Assembly: GCA_965229995.1 (NCBI GenBank)
Contig: OZ245933.1
Coordinates: 1,317,800-1,381,799, forward strand
Source: Thermodesulfobacteriota bacterium
GTDB taxonomy: Bacteria; Desulfobacterota_D; UBA1144; Nemesobacterales; Nemesobacteraceae
Direction: 5' to 3'
DNA length: 64,000 nt
Part shown: positions 58,953 to 64,000 of the stretch, piece by piece
Layout of the letters: the number at the start of each line of letters is the position of its first letter
How positions within the stretch are numbered: position 1 is the stretch's first letter
The notes under the pieces: model-generated
Database searches by the model: none
What the model saw: the letters and a program-made list of their open reading frames with translations, nothing else
What the model was told of the DNA's origin: nothing
Program-made: the position numbers and the translations under genes

Positions 58953-59960
58953 TTGAGCACTTTACTGGTTGTAACGCTCGTACTTTCGGGATTTTTGGCC
59001 CTCAACATAGGAGCCAACAATTCCGCGGCGTCCATGGCAACTTCATACGGCGCCGGGGTAAGGTCGAAAAGACAGGCCGTATGGCTCATAGCGATCTTCG
59101 CCCTTCTCGGGGCGCTTACGGCCGGAGCTCCCGTGGTCGAAACCGTGGGCAAGGGAATAGTGCCCGCCGAAACTCTCTCCTCTGACATAGGCTTCATATT
59201 TATAATCCTGCTCCTGGGAATAGGTTTCATCACCTGGGCAAACGTGGTGCGCACACCCATCTCCACTACACACGCCATAGTATGCGCCATAGTCGGGATC
59301 GGTCTTTATACTCAGACGCTTGATTCCGGGAGTTTTCTCCGAGTGCTCAAATGGTGGATCGTGGCACCCATAGTAGCATGGGTAATAAATTTCGCCGTGG
59401 CGAAGTTTTTCTACTTCAAGATAGTCCTCTATCTCGCAAGTACTTTCTCGGAAAAAAAAGTTAACCTTATCCTGACCGTTCTCATCACCATATCCGGAAC
59501 GTTTATCGCGTTTTCGGGAGGCGCGAACAATTCCGCAAACGCCATCGGTCCCATAGTGAGTCTGGGGCTTATAGATTCTTATCCGGGCGCGATTCTTGCC
59601 GGCGTTGCGATGGGAGTGGGAGCGATTCTCCTCGGAGGCAGGGTTCTTGAGACGCTTGGAAAGAACATAACGGAGATATGCATCATAAGGGCTATCTCGG
59701 TTGAGCTTACGGCCGCCGTGATAATACTGCTTGCCTCGTTGTACGGAGTTCCCGTTTCGATCGCCGAAATAGTCACGGCCGGAGTGATTGGGTTCTCGTG
59801 CGCGCAGCATGGATTCGCCGAGACTTCCAAGAACAGTCATGTTGTCAAAATCGGTTTTTTCTGGTTTGTTGTTCCTGTGGTAACCGTTGGGGTAAGTTAT
59901 TATGGATCCCTCATATACGTAAAGTACGGTTTGTCGTCGTATCTAAGTTTTCTCGGTTAG
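58953..59960 (+). CDS. PiT-family inorganic anion transporter (phosphate/sulfate permease, CysP-like by context)
   Basis: 335 aa with a duplicated PiT-family signature (GANNSAASMAT in the N-terminal half and GGANNSANAIGP in the C-terminal half). It sits immediately upstream of cysH. Confidence 0.8.
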   Translation: MSTLLVVTLVLSGFLALNIGANNSAASMATSYGAGVRSKRQAVWLIAIFALLGALTAGAPVVETVGKGIVPAETLSSDIGFIFIILLLGIGFITWANVVRTPISTTHAIVCAIVGIGLYTQTLDSGSFLRVLKWWIVAPIVAWVINFAVAKFFYFKIVLYLASTFSEKKVNLILTVLITISGTFIAFSGGANNSANAIGPIVSLGLIDSYPGAILAGVAMGVGAILLGGRVLETLGKNITEICIIRAISVELTAAVIILLASLYGVPVSIAEIVTAGVIGFSCAQHGFAETSKNSHVVKIGFFWFVVPVVTVGVSYYGSLIYVKYGLSSYLSFLG

Positions 59961-60689
59961 ATGAAATTCTCAGAAGAAGATGTAAAAAGCCTTAATCGCG
60001 AGTTTGAGCGAAGTTCTCCCAAGGATATCCTCGCCTGGGCTTCGGAGAATCTCGGTTCCTCGGTGGCGCTTGCGACCAGTTTTCAGGTCCAGGGAATGGT
60101 GCTTGTTGACATGTTCGCAAAAACAGACCCCGAAGCGAGAGTCTTCACTCTTGATACCGGAAGGCTTCATTCGCATACATACGATGCCATGGAAAAAACA
60201 AGAGAGAGGTACAATATCAATATCGAGGTGCTTTTCCCCGACACGGACGAAGTAGAGGAAATGGTGACCAGCCGCGGGGTGAACCTTTTTTACAAAAGCG
60301 TTGAGAACAGAAGACTCTGCTGTGAGGTGAGGAAAACCAACCCGCTAAACGGATTTTTAAAAAACCTTGACGCCTGGATTACATCCATAAGGGCAGACCA
60401 GACACAGCAGCGGGCCGACTCAATGAAGTTTGAGATTGACTACCTGCACGGAAAAATGCTCAAGATAAACCCGATTCTCGACTGGACCATTGATGAGATA
60501 TGGGATTACGTAAGGAAAAACGACGTCCCTTATAACAAGCTTCACGACATGGGGTATCCAAGCATAGGGTGCGCTCCCTGTACGAGAGCGATCGAGGAGG
60601 GGGAAGATCCAAGGGCAGGCAGGTGGTGGTGGGAGCAGGGCTCGGACAAGGAATGCGGAATCCACTTCAGTCACGAACCGCAATCCTAG
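59961..60689 (+). CDS. cysH: Adenylyl-sulfate (APS)/phosphoadenylyl-sulfate reductase, Fe-S cluster-containing type
   Basis: 242 aa PAPS-reductase-fold protein with the catalytic ECGIH motif plus the CC (RRLCCEV) and CxxC (GCAPCT) cysteine pairs that characterise [4Fe-4S] APS reductases. Confidence 0.85.
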   Translation: MKFSEEDVKSLNREFERSSPKDILAWASENLGSSVALATSFQVQGMVLVDMFAKTDPEARVFTLDTGRLHSHTYDAMEKTRERYNINIEVLFPDTDEVEEMVTSRGVNLFYKSVENRRLCCEVRKTNPLNGFLKNLDAWITSIRADQTQQRADSMKFEIDYLHGKMLKINPILDWTIDEIWDYVRKNDVPYNKLHDMGYPSIGCAPCTRAIEEGEDPRAGRWWWEQGSDKECGIHFSHEPQS

Positions 60690-60706
60690 AGAGCAGGGAG
60701 TGGATT

Positions 60707-61804
60707 TCAGGTCCCCTGCAGCAGATTCTCTTTCACAATCGGGACAACTTCTTCTCTGAGCAGCCTCATTGATTTTTGCCACTTCTCCTCGGGCTTCCAT
60801 TCGTGTCCCATGACCAGAAGCACTCCGAATCCTCCGACAAATTCATGAAGCTCGATTATTTTCCGGGCGACTTCCTGGGGACTTCCGACAAGCCACATGT
60901 TTTCGATCATGTAATCCATAGTCACCTCTTGGTCAGACATTGACTTGTCAACCTTGAACAGATTCAGGTTGTTTCTTATCAGGGGAACTAACTTGAAAAA
61001 GTAATCCCGGAAATCTCTTGCGAGCGTGCCCTCTATTACCTCTTTTCTCGCTTCCTCGGTGGTCTCCGCAACGTAAACATCCCTTGCGATCCTCCATTTC
61101 CCCCTCTCCGCCGTTCTGCCGGCGGCATCTGCCCCCTGCTCGTATCCCGCCCAGTGAGATTTCAGCACGTCGCGGGTAACGAAATTTATGCTCATCGGTA
61201 TCCAGTCCCGCTCCCCGGCGGTTCTAAGGCTCGCGGAATTCTCCGAGATTCCAGCGACCGCTATAGGAGGATGGGGTTTCTGGTACGGTCTCGTGTGCAC
61301 TCCAAGACCGACTTTTTCCACGGGATCGGGAACGGTGAAACTCCACCGAGAGTTGCCGTAAGCGCCCGGGCGGGGATTGTTCCACAGATTCAGTATCATC
61401 TCAAGAGACTCGTTCATAAGCTGTCTCTGTTCCCCCGTTTTGGGTTTTATGCCAAATGCCTCGAAGTCTCCGATGAAACTCCCGGCTCCTACTCCCCAGT
61501 AGAATCTTCCCTTAAGCAGGTGATCGAGAACCGCGATTCTGTGCGCAAGCATGAAAGGGTCGTGCTGAGGCAGGCATGAAACGCCCGTACCAAAGATTAT
61601 CCGTTCCGTAAGTGCCGCGGCTTTGGCTATGAAAAGGTCAGGAGCCGGTATGTTCTCCCAGCCCGCCGTGAAGTGCTCTCCTATCCAAGCTTCCCTGAAA
61701 CCGATTTCGTCCAAGAAAACCACCTGCTCCATGTCCGCTTCGAGCGTCTCGGAAAGGGAGGAGCCAGCCGGATGAAGGGGCATAGTGAAGTATCCAAGTT
61801 CCAT
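60707..61804 (-). CDS. LLM-class (luciferase-like) flavin-dependent oxidoreductase
   Basis: 365 aa with a TIM-barrel luciferase-like monooxygenase pattern. Whether the cofactor is FMN or F420 cannot be decided from sequence. Confidence 0.75.
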   Translation of the reverse strand: MELGYFTMPLHPAGSSLSETLEADMEQVVFLDEIGFREAWIGEHFTAGWENIPAPDLFIAKAAALTERIIFGTGVSCLPQHDPFMLAHRIAVLDHLLKGRFYWGVGAGSFIGDFEAFGIKPKTGEQRQLMNESLEMILNLWNNPRPGAYGNSRWSFTVPDPVEKVGLGVHTRPYQKPHPPIAVAGISENSASLRTAGERDWIPMSINFVTRDVLKSHWAGYEQGADAAGRTAERGKWRIARDVYVAETTEEARKEVIEGTLARDFRDYFFKLVPLIRNNLNLFKVDKSMSDQEVTMDYMIENMWLVGSPQEVARKIIELHEFVGGFGVLLVMGHEWKPEEKWQKSMRLLREEVVPIVKENLLQGT

Positions 61805-61954
61805 TTCCGAAACATTATACTTCTTTGAACATAAAAGGAGAATAATTCACGGAGTGGGTCCTGCCCGTACAGTTTGGCAAAAGCGGTTGGTATACAGTAA
61901 TATGATACGGAATTTTTGAATTTAGAGCGTTTAAGTTAAGGAGGAGGCAGCACA

Positions 61955-63166
61955 ATGTCAGAGAATCTTCCGGGCATACAAGAGACCCGAGAACTTCTTA
62001 AGAAGAAAAAAGTGGTTATCGCCGGGGTGGGCGAGACGGAACAGGGTAAAATCCCTAATAAAAGCTCCTTTCATTTCCTGAGCGAAGCATCGAAGCTCGC
62101 TATTGAGGACGCTGGGCTAAAAAAAGACGACGTCGACGGTCTTGTGACGGCGTTCTCGCTGGTGGAGCACACTTTTATGCACTGCACCACCTTTGCCGAC
62201 TACTTCGGGATGAACCCAAAGTTCTTCTCCTCAGTAGCGGTAGGGGGAGCGACAGCTGTGTGGATGGTGGCCGAGGCCGCCATGGCCATAGCTTCGGGAC
62301 AGGCTCAAGTGGTTCTTTGCGTAAGAGGGGACAACACACTTTCAGGGATATCCTCTTCAGGGATGCTCGCCCTTATAAGGGAGATGTGCCACGCTGAGTT
62401 TGAGTTCCCATACGGACTCACTACTCCCGGGGGATACGCGCTTGCGGCGCAGAGATACCTCCATGACTGGGGTAGCCGCAGAGAGCATCTCGCAGCGGTA
62501 GCGGTAACAATGAGAAAGCACGCCGCCGATAAAGAAAACGCCATGAACAAGGACCCTCTCTCAATAGAGGACGTACTTAGCTCAAGGGTGATAGCGGAGC
62601 CTCTTACCAAGTATGACTGCTCCGTTATCTCAGACGGGGGAGCGGCTTTCATAGTCACTACAGAAGACAAGGCAAAGGAACTTGGAATAACAAACGATCT
62701 TGCGTACCTCTGGGGTATGGGACAGGGATACTCTCACCAGTACCTTACGTCGCTTGAGAACCTTGACCAGATATACAACGCCGTTGAGCGCTCGGGGCAG
62801 AAGGCTTTCGGCACTGCGGGGATAGAGCCAAGGGATGTTGACATAGCGTTTCTTTATGACTGCTTTACGATAACCGTGCTTCTTGAGCTTGAGGGACTGG
62901 GGTTTGTTCCCAAGGGAGAGGGGGGAGCGTTTGCTCTTGAGGGAAGAATGGAGATAGGAAAGGATCTTCCCGTTAACACCCACGGGGGACTGCTCTCGCA
63001 GGCTCACCTGGGGGCTATGCATCACGTGGTGGAAGCTACGCTTCAGTTAAGAGGAGACGCGGGGAAGAGGCAGGTAGAGAATCCCGAGGTTGCGGTAGTG
63101 CATGGAAACGGCGGCATAGTGTCTGCTCACAGTACTGTGGTTTTGGGCAACCAGCCGCTTAACTAA
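61955..63166 (+). CDS. SCP2/SCPx-type thiolase-like protein apparently lacking the nucleophilic cysteine (Ltp2-like)
   Basis: 403 aa. C-terminal thiolase motifs are present (NTHGGLLSQAHLGAMH; VVHGNGGIVSA, like SCPx HNLGLGGA). At the position of the Cys-x-(S/T)-G nucleophile the sequence is VAVGGATAV (Gly97/Gly98). Confidence 0.7.
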   Translation: MSENLPGIQETRELLKKKKVVIAGVGETEQGKIPNKSSFHFLSEASKLAIEDAGLKKDDVDGLVTAFSLVEHTFMHCTTFADYFGMNPKFFSSVAVGGATAVWMVAEAAMAIASGQAQVVLCVRGDNTLSGISSSGMLALIREMCHAEFEFPYGLTTPGGYALAAQRYLHDWGSRREHLAAVAVTMRKHAADKENAMNKDPLSIEDVLSSRVIAEPLTKYDCSVISDGGAAFIVTTEDKAKELGITNDLAYLWGMGQGYSHQYLTSLENLDQIYNAVERSGQKAFGTAGIEPRDVDIAFLYDCFTITVLLELEGLGFVPKGEGGAFALEGRMEIGKDLPVNTHGGLLSQAHLGAMHHVVEATLQLRGDAGKRQVENPEVAVVHGNGGIVSAHSTVVLGNQPLN

Positions 63167-63189
63167 CACAAACAAGGAGAATAAAGAAA

Positions 63190-63615
63190 ATGTCTGAAGA
63201 GAAAAAAGCATATAACAAGCCTTTGCCTGAGTTCCGCCCGGAGACAAAGCCTTTCTGGGATGCGGCTAAGGAGCACAGACTGGTTATCCCCAGATCAAGG
63301 AAGACCGGAGAGTTTTTCTTTTACCCAAGAGCCCTTTCCCCCGGAGAGGACATGAGTGATGACATAGAGTGGGTAGAGAGTGAGGGACGTGGGAAGGTAT
63401 GGACCTTCTCCATACATCACATGGGACCATCCAAGGCCTACAAGGGGGAACCCCCTTATGTGGTTGCGTTAATTGAGATGGAAGAAGGGGTTAAGATGAT
63501 GTCTAACGTCGTTGACGTTGATCCCAATGAAGTATCCATCGGTATGGATGTTCAGGTGGTGTTCGATGACGTTACAGATGAAGTCACCCTCCCCAAATTC
63601 AAACCCGCGGGTTAA
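63190..63615 (+). CDS. DUF35-like OB-fold protein (thiolase/aldolase partner) without zinc-ribbon cysteines
   Basis: 141 aa following the DUF35 pattern (FWDAAKEHRLVIPR...EWVESEGRGKVWTFSIHH...), but the usual CxxC...CxxC ribbon is replaced by RSRKTG...ALSPGED. It lies 23 nt after the thiolase-like gene. Confidence 0.6.
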   Translation: MSEEKKAYNKPLPEFRPETKPFWDAAKEHRLVIPRSRKTGEFFFYPRALSPGEDMSDDIEWVESEGRGKVWTFSIHHMGPSKAYKGEPPYVVALIEMEEGVKMMSNVVDVDPNEVSIGMDVQVVFDDVTDEVTLPKFKPAG

Positions 63616-63631
63616 TTAAAAGCGGGGATGA

Positions 63632-63985
63632 TCAGTCATCGAGTTTGACGAGTAGGTCGTCCCCGTCAATTTTTACCGGGTAGGTCTCAAGAGGTTCAGT
63701 CGCGGGAAGGCAGAGCACTTCGCCGGTTTTGACGTTGAACTCAGCTCCGTGGTAACAGCAGGTGATGCGCTCCCCGTCAAGATCTCCGTCTGAGAGAGGA
63801 AGACACTCGTGAGTACACTCATCCCGAAAAGCGTAGAAATCTCCGTCTACCCTGCATATGGCAACCGCTTCAGTGCCGACGAAAAAAGATTCCACTTCTC
63901 CTTCCGCCACGTCTGAAACCTTCGCCACTTTCTCGAAATCAGACATAAGCTCACCTCCCGTTGCCGGTTTCAAGCCTTCGCTCAA
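63632..63985 (-). CDS. Small Rieske [2Fe-2S] domain protein
   Basis: 117 aa with the Rieske motifs CTH...(17 residues)...CCYH (CxH-X17-CxxH), in the size class of NirD or a Rieske ferredoxin. Confidence 0.75.
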   Translation of the reverse strand: MSEGLKPATGGELMSDFEKVAKVSDVAEGEVESFFVGTEAVAICRVDGDFYAFRDECTHECLPLSDGDLDGERITCCYHGAEFNVKTGEVLCLPATEPLETYPVKIDGDDLLVKLDD

Positions 63986-64000
63986 ACCAGTCCATCACCT

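Noticed and set aside
1-64000. CRISPR arrays, rRNA genes, retron or obvious defence islands
   Set aside because: No regularly spaced direct repeats, no rRNA-like conserved blocks and no cluster of non-housekeeping genes were seen; gene content is overwhelmingly core metabolism and cell division.

Overview
This window is dense, mostly core-genome bacterial DNA of roughly 50% GC, with short intergenic gaps and frequent 4-nt ATGA overlaps that indicate translational coupling. The centre is a complete division/cell-wall (dcw) cluster on the + strand (mraZ-rsmH-ftsL-ftsI-murE-murF-mraY-murD-ftsW-murG-murC-murB-ftsQ-ftsA-ftsZ, 11.3-27.8 kb) with no ddl. Upstream on the - strand lie ribF, trkH, trkA, lgt, an SPFH/band-7 protein, recJ, aroQ, a TPR protein and murJ. 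Downstream lie rsfS-nadD-ribD-ftsY and a HemQ/chlorite-dismutase-like gene (-), a truncated IS5-family transposase fragment, rho (-), yebC-ruvCAB (+), tolQ/tolR/tolA-like genes (+), argS with a SPOR-domain protein, and the rpsP-KH-rimM-trmD-rplS operon with ffh (-). The rest comprises polA, a PBP4-type DD-peptidase, rsmA/ksgA, an FtsB-like gene, thrC, a GT-C membrane glycosyltransferase, a frameshifted pyrE, a PiT-family permease with an Fe-S-type APS reductase (cysH), and a small cluster of an LLM oxidoreductase, an SCP2-thiolase-like protein, a DUF35-like protein and a Rieske protein. Lgt, MurJ and TolQRA indicate a Gram-negative-type envelope; the phylum cannot be assigned from sequence alone. 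I found no CRISPR array, rRNA or convincing tRNA. The most unusual items are a TrmD open reading frame carrying a second, C-terminal SPOUT (SpoU/TrmJ-like) domain and a thiolase-like protein that appears to lack the nucleophilic cysteine, paired with a zinc-ribbon-less DUF35 protein. The pyrE single-base frameshift, the IS5 remnant in a housekeeping neighbourhood and an unexplained 392-nt non-coding gap upstream of aroQ also merit a second look. All calls rest on reading the translated ORFs and the nucleotide sequence by eye; no database search was run.
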